Below, in pieces: positions 1 through 9,221 of a stretch of DNA of 64,000 nt. The notes beneath the pieces were generated by a model that worked only from the letters and a program-made list of their open reading frames with translations, did not search any database and had not been told where the DNA came from. This DNA comes from an uncultured Candidatus Bathyarchaeia archaeon (GTDB taxonomy: Archaea > Thermoproteota > Bathyarchaeia > TCS64): the NCBI GenBank assembly GCA_964487465.1, contig CAZAQI010000001.1:1768-65767 (forward strand), written 5' to 3'. Both the position numbers and the translations under genes were made by a program. The first letter of the stretch is position 1; every line of letters begins with the position of its first letter.

Positions 1-839
1 TTGACCCCAGTGGGGGCATCAAGGTTACTCTAGTTGACTATGATCCAGAGACCGGTAGAATAGATCTAGGTGACTTGGAGTCCAAGATAAGTGATGAGGC
101 TGCAGGTGTCTACTTTGAAAACCCCAACTACTTGGGGGTAATTGAGACAGATGGAGCGGAAATCTCCAAACTGGTCCATGAGGTTGGAGGGATATCAGTG
201 GTAGGTGTAGACCCCATCAGCCTCGGTGTGCTTGCCTCACCAGCACAGTATGGTGCAGATATAGCCTGCGGAGAAGCCCAACCCCTAGGAGTAAGCATGT
301 ACGCGGGTGGAGGAAGCTGCGGCTTCATAGCCTCAAGAGACGAGGAACGATATGTCGCAGAATACCCTCTGAGGCTGGTTAGCATCGCCCCCACTACCGT
401 AGAGGGAGAGTATGGTTTTGGTCAGGCACTATACGAGAGAACCAGCTATATGGCGAGGGAGAACGCCAAGGACTGGGTGGGTACAACTACTGTTCTCTGG
501 GGTATAACCGCAGCAGTCTACATGAGCCTTATGGGGCCAAAAGGGATGAAGGAACTGGGGGAAACCATCCTTGAGAAGAGCCACTATACAGCTAGCATAA
601 TAGATGAGTTGAAGAACGTGGATGTTCCTTATTCTGGGTTCTTTAAAGAGTTCCCAGTCAAATTCAGTAAACCAGTCAAAGAGATCAACACCCAGTTAAT
701 GAGCCACAAGATCTATGGTGGAAAAGATCTGAGCATCGAGTACCCTGAGCTAGGTGACTCAGCGCTATATTGTGTAACCGAAATGCATAGTCTAGAGATG
801 ATTGAGAAACTCAGGGATGCATTGGAGGTGCTTGCATGA
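1..839 (+). CDS. gcvPA: glycine dehydrogenase (decarboxylating) subunit 1, C-terminal part; the 5-prime end lies upstream of the window
   Basis: The frame-3 ORF runs off the window start. Residues such as GADIACGEAQPLGVSMYAGGGSCGFIASR and PLRLVSIAPT are typical of GcvPA. The reading frame is open from nt 3. The 4-nt ATGA overlap with gcvPB is the usual arrangement. Confidence 0.85.
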   Translation, partial: DPSGGIKVTLVDYDPETGRIDLGDLESKISDEAAGVYFENPNYLGVIETDGAEISKLVHEVGGISVVGVDPISLGVLASPAQYGADIACGEAQPLGVSMYAGGGSCGFIASRDEERYVAEYPLRLVSIAPTTVEGEYGFGQALYERTSYMARENAKDWVGTTTVLWGITAAVYMSLMGPKGMKELGETILEKSHYTASIIDELKNVDVPYSGFFKEFPVKFSKPVKEINTQLMSHKIYGGKDLSIEYPELGDSALYCVTEMHSLEMIEKLRDALEVLA

Positions 840-2365
840 ATCCCCGAGAGTATCAAGCACCCAGATGGAGTGAACTCATAATACATGAGCTCAGTACTCC
901 TGGTGAGAGAGGATTCATTCCACCAAGATCAGAGGAAAAAATCAGAAAAAGAGTCGGGAAAGGTAGCAGTCTGGTACCCGAATCCATGAAACGAAGAAAA
1001 GATCCCGAGCTACCTGAGCTAAGCCAGCCCCATGTCCTGCGGCATTATCTTAGGCTCAGCCAGATGACTCTGGGGATGGAGATGGACATCGATCTGGGTG
1101 TTGGTACATGTACCATGAAGTACAGTCCCAAGATAAACGAGGAGTTGGCTGGCATGATCAAAGACATCCACCCACATCAACCAACCGAATCTATACAGGG
1201 TTTACTGGAGATAGCATACGAGTTCGGTAACACTTATCTACGTGAACTAAGCGGCATGGATGCTTTCACGTATCAGCCACCGGGGGGATCAGCTGGTTGC
1301 TACAATAATGCGCTAATCATGAGAAAATACCATGCCGACAGGGATGAGTCCCACCGAGACGAAGTGATCACCACTATTTACAGTCATCCATGCGATGCGG
1401 CCGCACCAGCGACAGCCGGTTACAAAGTTATTACCCTTTACCCTGATCCCGAAACCGGGTTACCTGACACCGAAGCATTAAAGGAGGCAGTTGGACCCAA
1501 CACGGCTGGCTGCTTCATCACCAACCCCGAGGACATCGGCATATTCAACAAGAACATTGATGCATGGACCGAGATAATCCACGACGCTGGTGGATTATGC
1601 AGCTATGATCAGGCTAACGCCAACGCTTTGCTGGGTGTCACACGTGCCCGTGAAGCCGGGTTCGATATGCTATTCTTCAACCTTCACAAGACCTTCAGCA
1701 GCCCCCACGGGAGCAGTGGACCGGGCTCAGCCGCGGTCGGGGTAACCGAGGAACTAGAGGAGTACCTGCCGGTGCCAGTTATCGTGAAGAAAGAAGAGGG
1801 GTACACGCTGGATTATAATCGCCCCAAGAGCATAGGTAAGATACGGGACTTCATGGGGAATCTGCCCGTGGTGGTGCGTAGCTACGCATGGTGTATGGCT
1901 ATGGGAGCCCAGGGGCTACGGGAAGTCGCTGAGGTAAGCATGATCAACAATCAGTACCTTATGGAGAAAGTCAAGAAGATTAGGGGAGTAACCCTGACCT
2001 ACCCTAGGCGTAGAGTGGATCAGGCAAGGTGGAGCCTAGAAAAGATGAAACAGGAGACAGGCGTAGGTATCAGGGATGTGAATAGAAGAGTAATAGATTT
2101 CGGTGTCCAGAGCTACTTCATGAGCCACCACCCATGGCTCATACCAGAACCCTTCACACCCGAACCCGCTGAAACCTACAGTAAAAAAGACATCGACTAC
2201 TGGTGCAGTGTTCTGGAGAAGGTGAGTGAGGAAGCCTACAAGGACCCTGAGTTGGTGAAGTCGGCTCCCCATCGTAGCAGCATCCATAAAATCGAGTGGG
2301 ACGGCTTCAACGACCCCGAGAAGTGGGCTATGAGCTGGAGAGCGTACAGGAGGAAACACAGATGA
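836..2365 (+). CDS. gcvPB: glycine dehydrogenase (decarboxylating) subunit 2
   Basis: 509 aa. A PLP-dependent GcvPB-like sequence (FNLHKTFSSPHGSSGPGSAAVGV). It sits directly after gcvPA with translational coupling. Confidence 0.9.
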   Translation: MNPREYQAPRWSELIIHELSTPGERGFIPPRSEEKIRKRVGKGSSLVPESMKRRKDPELPELSQPHVLRHYLRLSQMTLGMEMDIDLGVGTCTMKYSPKINEELAGMIKDIHPHQPTESIQGLLEIAYEFGNTYLRELSGMDAFTYQPPGGSAGCYNNALIMRKYHADRDESHRDEVITTIYSHPCDAAAPATAGYKVITLYPDPETGLPDTEALKEAVGPNTAGCFITNPEDIGIFNKNIDAWTEIIHDAGGLCSYDQANANALLGVTRAREAGFDMLFFNLHKTFSSPHGSSGPGSAAVGVTEELEEYLPVPVIVKKEEGYTLDYNRPKSIGKIRDFMGNLPVVVRSYAWCMAMGAQGLREVAEVSMINNQYLMEKVKKIRGVTLTYPRRRVDQARWSLEKMKQETGVGIRDVNRRVIDFGVQSYFMSHHPWLIPEPFTPEPAETYSKKDIDYWCSVLEKVSEEAYKDPELVKSAPHRSSIHKIEWDGFNDPEKWAMSWRAYRRKHR

Positions 2366-3144
2366 AGAGACTTGAGGGAAAAAAAGCGGTAGTAACTGGA
2401 GCCATGCAGGGAATAGGAGCCGGAATCAGCAAATGTCTGGCATTCAACGGCGCAGAGGTAGTGCTAACAGATATCAGTGAACAGGTTGAGCAAACAGCGA
2501 AAGAGATCGAAAAAGCTTCATGGAGAGTAATGGATGTAACGGATCCGAGTCAGGTGAAACAGGTCTTCGATGAAGTTAACCCTGTGGATATACTGGTGAA
2601 CAACGCAGGTATCTACCCACGCATGAATCTGGAGGACATGGATGAAGGGTTCATGAAGCGTATGTTCGACATAAACGTTTTCGGTATGTTCCGCTGTAGC
2701 AAAGCAGTGCTACCCGAGATGAAGAAACAGAGAAAAGGCAAGATCATCAACATGAGCAGCGTAACCGGACCCATGGTAGGAGCCCCCAGTGGCGGACAGA
2801 CAGCTTATGGAGCCACCAAAGCAGCCGTGATCGGTTTCACCAAGGCACTTGCCCTAGAAACAGCCCAGTATGGAATCAATGTGAACACAATACTACCGGG
2901 GTATATTCACAGCCCCAGCGCCTTTGAGTTAAGAGGCAGTGAAGACAGTTCAGACGCTGAGAAAGCTATGAAGGAATTCGGCTACAAGATACCAATGGGG
3001 CGCCAAGGGACACCTGAGGATATAGGTAACCTGGTAGTTTTCCTAGCATCAGATGAGTCTGATTATCTTACTGGAAGCGAGATAGTCAGCGATGGAGGTA
3101 ATATACTACAGGAAGAGTACTTAGGTCCATATAAGCCAAGATAG
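2362..3144 (+). CDS. short-chain dehydrogenase/reductase (SDR) family oxidoreductase
   Basis: Rossmann motif TGAMQGIGAGI near the N-terminus and the catalytic YGATKAAV (YxxxK) motif. I prefer the ATG at 2362, which overlaps the gcvPB stop as ATGA, over the longer ORF start at 2296. Confidence 0.8.
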   Translation: MKRLEGKKAVVTGAMQGIGAGISKCLAFNGAEVVLTDISEQVEQTAKEIEKASWRVMDVTDPSQVKQVFDEVNPVDILVNNAGIYPRMNLEDMDEGFMKRMFDINVFGMFRCSKAVLPEMKKQRKGKIINMSSVTGPMVGAPSGGQTAYGATKAAVIGFTKALALETAQYGINVNTILPGYIHSPSAFELRGSEDSSDAEKAMKEFGYKIPMGRQGTPEDIGNLVVFLASDESDYLTGSEIVSDGGNILQEEYLGPYKPR

Positions 3145-3283
3145 GGAGAGAAGTTCAAATCATTAAACAAGTTTCCTTTTTACTGGAAAACTCCAAAATA
3201 ATTTCTTTCCGATCTAAACACCTACTAAATCGTACACGACGAAACAAGAAAAACGTAGATATTACCGGGAGCATATAACGCAT

Positions 3284-4387
3284 CTAAGCCAGCTTATAGA
3301 GGGTACGTCTACCAAACCCCGTGCGTACCTTATAGTAGCCCCTCAACTCCTCATCCAACTCCGAGTCACCTGTATCCACCCGCAGAGGATGCCCTCCAAG
3401 ACTAGCTAGCTTCTCAGGGGTAGCCACTATTATGATATTCTCCTTACCGACCTCCCGTATAACCTTGGGGCTTATCTGCTGATTTCCACGTCCGAATACG
3501 AAGCCCTGGCCACCGATGACAGTCACTATGAGGTTGACCTCCTCACCCTCAATAACCTCCAGTAACTGTTTTTCGTTAACATCCTTGGCTACCAGTTCCC
3601 CGTTCTTCACCACATCCACACCCAGTAAGGTCTTATCGACCCCTAGTATATCCGCGATTGGTTTAACCGTGGTTCCCGGCCCCAAGATATAGACCATATC
3701 CTGCTCCATCTCATCCGTTATCTCATTAGCTATACCGATGACACTGGACTCCCCAGTCAGCCTACTGGACTCCTTACCCCCCTGAATATAATCCTCAACA
3801 TACAGGGTGTTCATATAACCGTAGAGCTGAGCCTGAAGCCGATTATCCCTGAAAGCCTCCTCATCGATATCCATAACCTCCTCAAGCCGGAAGTCAACGC
3901 TCCCACCCGAGATGTACCGGTGTAATAACTCACCTGCGCTCCGAGGGTCCAAGGCGTAGACACCTGAATGAATCTTAACCCCAGTAGGTATACCCAGAAC
4001 AGGCACCTCCTCACCTACTACTGAGTAGACATCACGGACGGTTCCATCCCCTCCAGCGAAAACAAGCAGATCCACCTTATCCATAAGAGCCTCAGCAGCC
4101 TTCATGGTATCCTCAGCTGTCGTAGTATCACCAATGAGCTCCCCTAACACAATAGGGTCCAACCCAGCTTCCCTAGCCTCATTCTCCCCCATCTCACCCG
4201 GGTAAGTATAGAGCTCAAACTCAAGCCCCCTCAACTGCCTTAGCGCATCCACTGTTCTAGTCGGGGACATGGGTTCCGCCCCCATCTCTAAGGCCTTCTT
4301 CTTTATCTCCGCCCCATCGCTTCCCTTCAAGCCCACCCTGCCACCTATTCCTGCAAAGGGGTTTACAATTAACCCAATTTTCTTCAA
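3284..4387 (-). CDS. ATP-NAD kinase / diacylglycerol-kinase-like family protein
   Basis: N-terminal GLIVNPFAGIGG and a GGDGT motif (LVFAGGDGTVRDV), as in the NAD kinase/DAGK superfamily. 367 aa. Confidence 0.5.
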   Translation of the reverse strand: MKKIGLIVNPFAGIGGRVGLKGSDGAEIKKKALEMGAEPMSPTRTVDALRQLRGLEFELYTYPGEMGENEAREAGLDPIVLGELIGDTTTAEDTMKAAEALMDKVDLLVFAGGDGTVRDVYSVVGEEVPVLGIPTGVKIHSGVYALDPRSAGELLHRYISGGSVDFRLEEVMDIDEEAFRDNRLQAQLYGYMNTLYVEDYIQGGKESSRLTGESSVIGIANEITDEMEQDMVYILGPGTTVKPIADILGVDKTLLGVDVVKNGELVAKDVNEKQLLEVIEGEEVNLIVTVIGGQGFVFGRGNQQISPKVIREVGKENIIIVATPEKLASLGGHPLRVDTGDSELDEELRGYYKVRTGFGRRTLYKLA

Positions 4388-4389
4388 GC

Positions 4390-5643
4390 CTATTCCTCGT
4401 ACTCTATGTATCTCATTACTGTTAATGCTAGGGTCTTTACCATGGTCTCCAGTTGGTCTACGGACACGTACTCGTTGGCCCCGTGGGCATCTCTTACATC
4501 CCCTGGCCCAAAGACCGTGGTAGGAGTCTCGGCCACATTGATGAGGTGCCTTACATCCGATGCGTAGGTCATGCCCTCGTACACGGGTTCATCGCCTGTT
4601 ACATCGTTGTATGCTTTTCCTATCTCCTGTACAATAGGGTGATCTAAGGGTATCATAGATGAGGCGAAGCTGTATCCAGCCCACTCCACTTTTGGGTTAT
4701 GCTCTCTGAGCCAAGGGTCATCCTCCGCGATCTGATTGATCTTAGCCTCAAGCTCGATCTTTGCTGATTCCTCTGATTCACCAACAGCCACACCGATCCG
4801 TCCCTCGAAAACCACGCTCTCGGCCACGGTACCGGGCCATTCACCGCCCTTCACGGTGCCGATGCTGATGGCGTAAGGTGACTCATATCGAGTATAAAGA
4901 GGGTCTTTGAATCTATTGTTCCGCGTCTTCTCCAGCTCCATTAATCCATCATATAGTTTGATGAATTTCTCGATAGCACTAACCCCTTCATTCTTAACAC
5001 AGGCATGAACTGCCCTCCCCGGTACGGTTATCTTGAAGCTTATGGCTCCAGCGATTTCGGGGGCTATCTTGGTCTCACTGGGCTCCATGACTATACCGGC
5101 GTCAGCTTTGTATCCTCTGAGACATGTTGCTAGGGCTCCGCATCCTCCGTCCTCTTCCCCTATTACGCTCTGGAAGATTATCTTCCCTTTTGGATTAACA
5201 GTGTCTATTACTGCTTTTACCGCGTATAGTGCTCCTATGAGGGCTGCTTTCATGTCAGTGGATCCGCGTCCATAGAGCCTATCATCTTTGATCACTGCCT
5301 TGAGTGGGGGCGTCTCCCAGTTCTCTGGGTTTCCCGGTGCCACTGTATCGATGTGCCCGCAGATTATGAGACTCTTACCCTCTTCGCCTCCAATGGTTCC
5401 CACCACGCCTAAGCCTTCCTCGCGATCATAACTCATGCTGAAGTCGGGGTGTTCACAGAGTTCATCAAATTCAATCATCCATTTATCCACATTGAACCCC
5501 ATCTGGGTGAGCCTCTCCGCCATCTTCATCTGTGCTTTGGTTTCTAGTCCACCATAGCTGGGTGTAGCGATCATCTCCTCTATGAAGCTATACATAGAGT
5601 CATAATCGATTGAGTCTAGGACGCGTCTCTCTACGGGTTTCAT
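4390..5643 (-). CDS. M20 family metallopeptidase (ArgE/DapE/acetylornithine deacetylase-like)
   Basis: Motifs ICGHIDTVAPG, GRGSTDMKAAL and IGEEDGG are typical of M20 dinuclear zinc peptidases. I chose the MKPVERR start (ATG at 5643). The longer ORF, starting at 5730, overlaps the upstream gene. Confidence 0.75.
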   Translation of the reverse strand: MKPVERRVLDSIDYDSMYSFIEEMIATPSYGGLETKAQMKMAERLTQMGFNVDKWMIEFDELCEHPDFSMSYDREEGLGVVGTIGGEEGKSLIICGHIDTVAPGNPENWETPPLKAVIKDDRLYGRGSTDMKAALIGALYAVKAVIDTVNPKGKIIFQSVIGEEDGGCGALATCLRGYKADAGIVMEPSETKIAPEIAGAISFKITVPGRAVHACVKNEGVSAIEKFIKLYDGLMELEKTRNNRFKDPLYTRYESPYAISIGTVKGGEWPGTVAESVVFEGRIGVAVGESEESAKIELEAKINQIAEDDPWLREHNPKVEWAGYSFASSMIPLDHPIVQEIGKAYNDVTGDEPVYEGMTYASDVRHLINVAETPTTVFGPGDVRDAHGANEYVSVDQLETMVKTLALTVMRYIEYEE

Positions 5644-5671
5644 ATACCGTATTCGGGCGCTGTGGGCTATA

Positions 5672-6262
5672 TCATCTTCGGGGGATGAGCATGGGCACCT
5701 CTTCCCTGTATCTACGGTAACGTCGACCAAACTCTCTCAGGAGCTCCTTTTCCTCCTTCCAGCATAACAGGTAGACCACAATGAACACGATTGGGGTTAC
5801 GAGCAAAGCATCTCTTGAGCCAAACAAAAAAGAAACACCCAAATGTCCAAACAATCCGCCCAGATACTGAGGATGTCTAACAACCCCGTAGACTCCTGTG
5901 GTGACAAGTTCACTTGGGCGATGGGTCTCAGAGGTCTTAAACCCCAGTTCCAGCACGCCTTTTATCCCAAACCAGAAAGCAGGTAACAATAACAGAAAAG
6001 ATAACCCGATATTCATTGACCCAAAGGTTATACCCTGAATAGTGAAAACAGGATATCCTAACCGGAACCTTTTCTGGGGGCATATCCATAAACCGATCCA
6101 GAAACAGAAGAAACCCCAGCCACTGATATAACCTAACGCATCACCCATGATAACGCTATTCTCCTTGAACCATCTCTCCAATCGGTTGTGCTCAAGGGAG
6201 AGAAAATAGGGTAGGAGTATGAGCACATAACCTGTTAAGCTTATCTTGAAGCAAATCCCCAT
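5672..6262 (-). CDS. isoprenylcysteine carboxyl methyltransferase (ICMT)/PEMT-like membrane methyltransferase
   Basis: Multi-pass membrane protein with GVYGVVRHPQYLGGLFGHLG and a C-terminal EKELLREFGRRYRRYREEVP, the ICMT/PEMT signature. It lies 28 nt upstream of the M20 peptidase gene on the same strand. Confidence 0.6.
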   Translation of the reverse strand: MGICFKISLTGYVLILLPYFLSLEHNRLERWFKENSVIMGDALGYISGWGFFCFWIGLWICPQKRFRLGYPVFTIQGITFGSMNIGLSFLLLLPAFWFGIKGVLELGFKTSETHRPSELVTTGVYGVVRHPQYLGGLFGHLGVSFLFGSRDALLVTPIVFIVVYLLCWKEEKELLREFGRRYRRYREEVPMLIPRR

Positions 6263-6351
6263 AACTTGATCACATATCCCCGGTTATTTAGGGTTAAAGA
6301 ACCCGGGAAAACATTAAGACCCTTGAAGGATACACAATTGGGATAATAGTA

Positions 6352-7380
6352 TTGAAGACAATAATGAAGACCAAGCCTGAACCAGGGGTTACGGTCAGGG
6401 AAACTCCGAGACCAGTACTATCCGATGATGAGGCACTAATCAAGGTCCACTCAGCCGCTATATGTGGAAGCGACCTGGGAATATACCATTACACGTCAGC
6501 GTACAGCAAGATGAAGCTACCAGTCGTACTGGGGCACGAGTTCTCCGGGGAGATCGTTGAGAAGGGAAAAAGAGTGAAAGGATTTGATGTTGGTGACGGT
6601 GTTCTCTCTGAGTCGGTTAAGGCTTGTGGGGTCTGCCGCTTCTGCAGGACGGGTATGAGTAACCTCTGTGATCAGTCCACTTTATTCGGTATCCACACTA
6701 ACGGTGGGTTCGCTGAATACGTTAAAGTTCCATACAGGCTACTTCATAGAATACCGGATACGATGAGTTTTGATCAGGCTGCCCTAGTTGAGCCCCTCAG
6801 TAACGCAGTACACTTTGTCAGGGATATTACGTCTTTCAAGATAGATGACTATGTGGTGGTTCAGGGGATCGGTCCTATTGGGTTATTCAGTGCACAGTTA
6901 TTCAAAATGGGAGGCGCCAGGGTAATCATAACGGGGCTGGATATAGATGAAGAGAGATTCAAGATCGCTGAGAAACTGGGGCTAGAATACGTGAATATAC
7001 AGAAAGAAGACTTGGAGAAACGAGTACTGGATGATACAGAGGAAAGAGGAGCAGATGTAGCATTCGTAGCAGTGGGGGCACCCCCAGCTGTTAAACAAGC
7101 GACAAGGATCATAAAGAAGAGAGGCGCAGTAATCATGGTGGGTATATTCGGTGAACAAGTGCCAGTAGACATGACCCATCTGGTCAGACGGGAACTAAGA
7201 ATACATGGAGCATATGACGCAAAGCCGAATAATTTCCCAATGAGTATCGACCTCATCAAAAGAGGCATCATAGATGTTGACAGCGTCCTAACCCATAGAT
7301 TCAGCCTAGACGAAGCCGAGGAAGGCTTCAGAGTAGCCATCGATAAGACAGGGGGAAAAGTAGTATTCAAACCAAATTAA
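6352..7380 (+). CDS. zinc-dependent medium-chain alcohol dehydrogenase (threonine 3-dehydrogenase / sorbitol dehydrogenase-like)
   Basis: Catalytic zinc motif GHEFSGEIVEKG, structural zinc motif CGVCRFCRTGMSNLC, and GIGPIGL Rossmann motif. Confidence 0.8.
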   Translation: MKTIMKTKPEPGVTVRETPRPVLSDDEALIKVHSAAICGSDLGIYHYTSAYSKMKLPVVLGHEFSGEIVEKGKRVKGFDVGDGVLSESVKACGVCRFCRTGMSNLCDQSTLFGIHTNGGFAEYVKVPYRLLHRIPDTMSFDQAALVEPLSNAVHFVRDITSFKIDDYVVVQGIGPIGLFSAQLFKMGGARVIITGLDIDEERFKIAEKLGLEYVNIQKEDLEKRVLDDTEERGADVAFVAVGAPPAVKQATRIIKKRGAVIMVGIFGEQVPVDMTHLVRRELRIHGAYDAKPNNFPMSIDLIKRGIIDVDSVLTHRFSLDEAEEGFRVAIDKTGGKVVFKPN

Positions 7381-7457
7381 CGGATAAATGGAGGAGTTTC
7401 CTTATCCGGCTCCCCAGTCTCTATTTCGGTCTTTTCTTATTCGCCTTAGGGGCGGTT

Positions 7458-8030
7458 ATGATACTTTATGCTGACCTGGGGATGAGTCCTTGGGGTGTCT
7501 TCCAAGTGGGGTTAATGAATAGCGTTGGTTTGACCTTTGGACAAGCATCACAAGTGGTGGGTCTAGGCGTACTGGTGCTAGGATGGTTACTTGGGTTTCC
7601 ACCGGGTTTCGGTACGGTGATGAACATGTATTTCATAGGGTACTTTATCGACAGGATCATCGAGTGGAGGATTGTGCCACGATTCAATAACCTAGGCATG
7701 CAGCTAGTTCTACTGGTGGGGGGAATGGGCATGATCGGTGTTGCCAGCTACTTCTATCTGCGCCCAAAGTTGGGAGCGGGGCCTAGGGACGGCTTGATGA
7801 TCGGATTGGTCCAGAAACTTGACCGCCCTGTTGGTCAGGTTAGAGGAGGCATTGAGGTAACAGTAACGGTACTGGGTTATCTTATGGGAGGCCCTATAGG
7901 ATTGGGCACGGTTATCACTGCTTTAAGTATAGGATACTTTGTACAGTTAGCGTTCAAGCTGGGAAACTATGATCGAAACGCTAAACACATGAACCTCTAC
8001 GAGTTAGCAAAATACCTCACAGGCCAATAA
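7458..8030 (+). CDS. small polytopic membrane protein (YczE/YitT-like, uncertain); true start may lie upstream at a non-ATG codon
   Basis: Hydrophobic, glycine-rich helices. The frame stays open and hydrophobic (FGLFLFALGAV) upstream of the first ATG. Confidence 0.4.
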   Translation: MILYADLGMSPWGVFQVGLMNSVGLTFGQASQVVGLGVLVLGWLLGFPPGFGTVMNMYFIGYFIDRIIEWRIVPRFNNLGMQLVLLVGGMGMIGVASYFYLRPKLGAGPRDGLMIGLVQKLDRPVGQVRGGIEVTVTVLGYLMGGPIGLGTVITALSIGYFVQLAFKLGNYDRNAKHMNLYELAKYLTGQ

Positions 8031-8075
8031 CGGTTAACGTTAAAGCCCCCTTAATCACTGTTTTACTGGATTACG

Positions 8076-8579
8076 ATGCCAAAGATCGAGGGATTAGAGT
8101 GGAAGATCAGGGAAGCAACAGAGAAAGATATCCCCGTTATACTTGATCTCTGCTACCAGCTCAGCGTCTATGAGAAACTAGAATTCAAGGGAACAGAAGA
8201 ACAATACAGAAAATATGGATTCGGAGAAGATGCCATATATGACTGCCTTCTGGCTGAGAACACAGGGGAGGTTGGACCAGACTATCTGGGGATAGCCCTC
8301 TACTATTACACGTTCAGCACATTTGAGGCAAAACCAACCCTGTGGCTAGAAGACATCTTCGTACCCGAGGCATACAGGGGAAACGGAATAGGAACACAGC
8401 TCCTCAAACAATTATGCCAGATAGCGGTAGAGAAGGATTGCGGGCGTGTAGAGTGGACAGTACTGGACTGGAACGAGCCCAGCAGACAGTTCTACTTCAG
8501 CCTAGGCGCCACAGCCATGGATGAATGGACCACTTTCAGAATGACCCCGGATGTCTTTAAGAAGCTAGCCGAGGGATAA
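8076..8579 (+). CDS. GNAT family N-acetyltransferase
   Basis: GNAT motif A: RGNGIGTQLLKQLCQIAVEKDCGRVEWTV. Confidence 0.75.
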   Translation: MPKIEGLEWKIREATEKDIPVILDLCYQLSVYEKLEFKGTEEQYRKYGFGEDAIYDCLLAENTGEVGPDYLGIALYYYTFSTFEAKPTLWLEDIFVPEAYRGNGIGTQLLKQLCQIAVEKDCGRVEWTVLDWNEPSRQFYFSLGATAMDEWTTFRMTPDVFKKLAEG

Positions 8580-8796
8580 CACCTGCTCAAAGAAACTCGG
8601 TTCTACTCTAATTAACCCATTTTTAGTCAAAGGTTCTCCATGTAATGTCTTTGGTTTTCTTTATAACTCGTTAAACAGGTATCTTAAAAGAAGAGAAAAG
8701 ATCGAAAAAATGTATACATGATTACTGTATCATTGGTTTTCTATAGATGCTCCGCGAAACCCTTTTAATTGATTGGAGAATTGATTGTGGTTGCGT

Positions 8797-8868
8797 GGCC
8801 GCTGTGGTGTAATGGTAGCATACGGGCCTGTGGAGCCCTCGGACGGGGTTCGATTCCCCGCTGCGGCC
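8797..8868 (+). tRNA. tRNA-His (anticodon GTG) with genomically encoded G-1
   Basis: Manual cloverleaf fold. Acceptor GCCGCUG pairs with CUGCGGC, with one U.U mismatch. The anticodon loop is CUGUGGA and the T-loop is UUCGAUU. An extra 5-prime G pairs with discriminator C73, as expected for tRNA-His. One C.U mismatch closes the anticodon stem. Confidence 0.65.
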
Positions 8869-8916
8869 CATCCCAAAAACATAAATCAGTATCGATGGTT
8901 TATGCAGTGTATCTGT

Positions 8917-9004
8917 GCGGAGGTCGCCCAGCATGGCCAAAGGCGCAAGGTTGAGGGCCTTGTCTCTTAGGAGTTCGTGGGTTCAAATCCCACCCTCCGC
9001 ACCA
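8917..9004 (+). tRNA. tRNA-Leu (anticodon GAG), class II with long variable arm, encoded CCA
   Basis: Acceptor GCGGAGG pairs with CCUCCGC. Anticodon stem CAAGG/CCUUG with loop UUGAGGG. Long variable arm, T-loop UUCAAAU, discriminator A and CCA. Closely matches archaeal tRNA-Leu architecture. Confidence 0.85.
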
Positions 9005-9221
9005 CTTTTCGAGGGCGTTTCGAGTCGTTTTAGGGGATATTTCGTGGAAAGAAGACCTCTTTCATCCGCTTCATTATAAATGAGTTATTGTCGTTAGCTA
9101 TCCAATCTAATTCTTACGGTTTTAAGAGTTGTTAGGGTTCAAAATAAAACCAAAGTTAGCACTATATGCTCTATAATAATCAATAAGTTGTAAAATTAAT
9201 ATAAAAGTGGGGTTAGGAGGG

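Noticed and set aside
128-394. Antisense or alternative-frame ORFs inside well-supported genes
   Set aside because: They are nested in strongly supported coding regions and have low-complexity or Ser/Pro/Arg-rich composition typical of out-of-frame translation. The same holds for 128-394, 2036-2359, 3811-4014, 6861-7370, 6982-7179, 7466-7732, 11206-11683, 12939-13181, 13867-14199, 38877-39789, 40177-40455, 43273-45116, 57230-57739 and 61592-62212.
8722-8970. Three ORF-track entries (8722-8940 -, 8769-8954 +, 8785-8970 +) encoding 61-72 aa peptides
   Set aside because: They lie entirely over tRNA-His and tRNA-Leu, so they are spurious.
9005-9221. Short direct repeat ttcgag...gcgtttcgag just after tRNA-Leu as a possible regulatory repeat
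   Set aside because: It is only two imperfect copies of a 6-mer in a 3-prime flank. It is most simply part of the tRNA trailer or terminator region.
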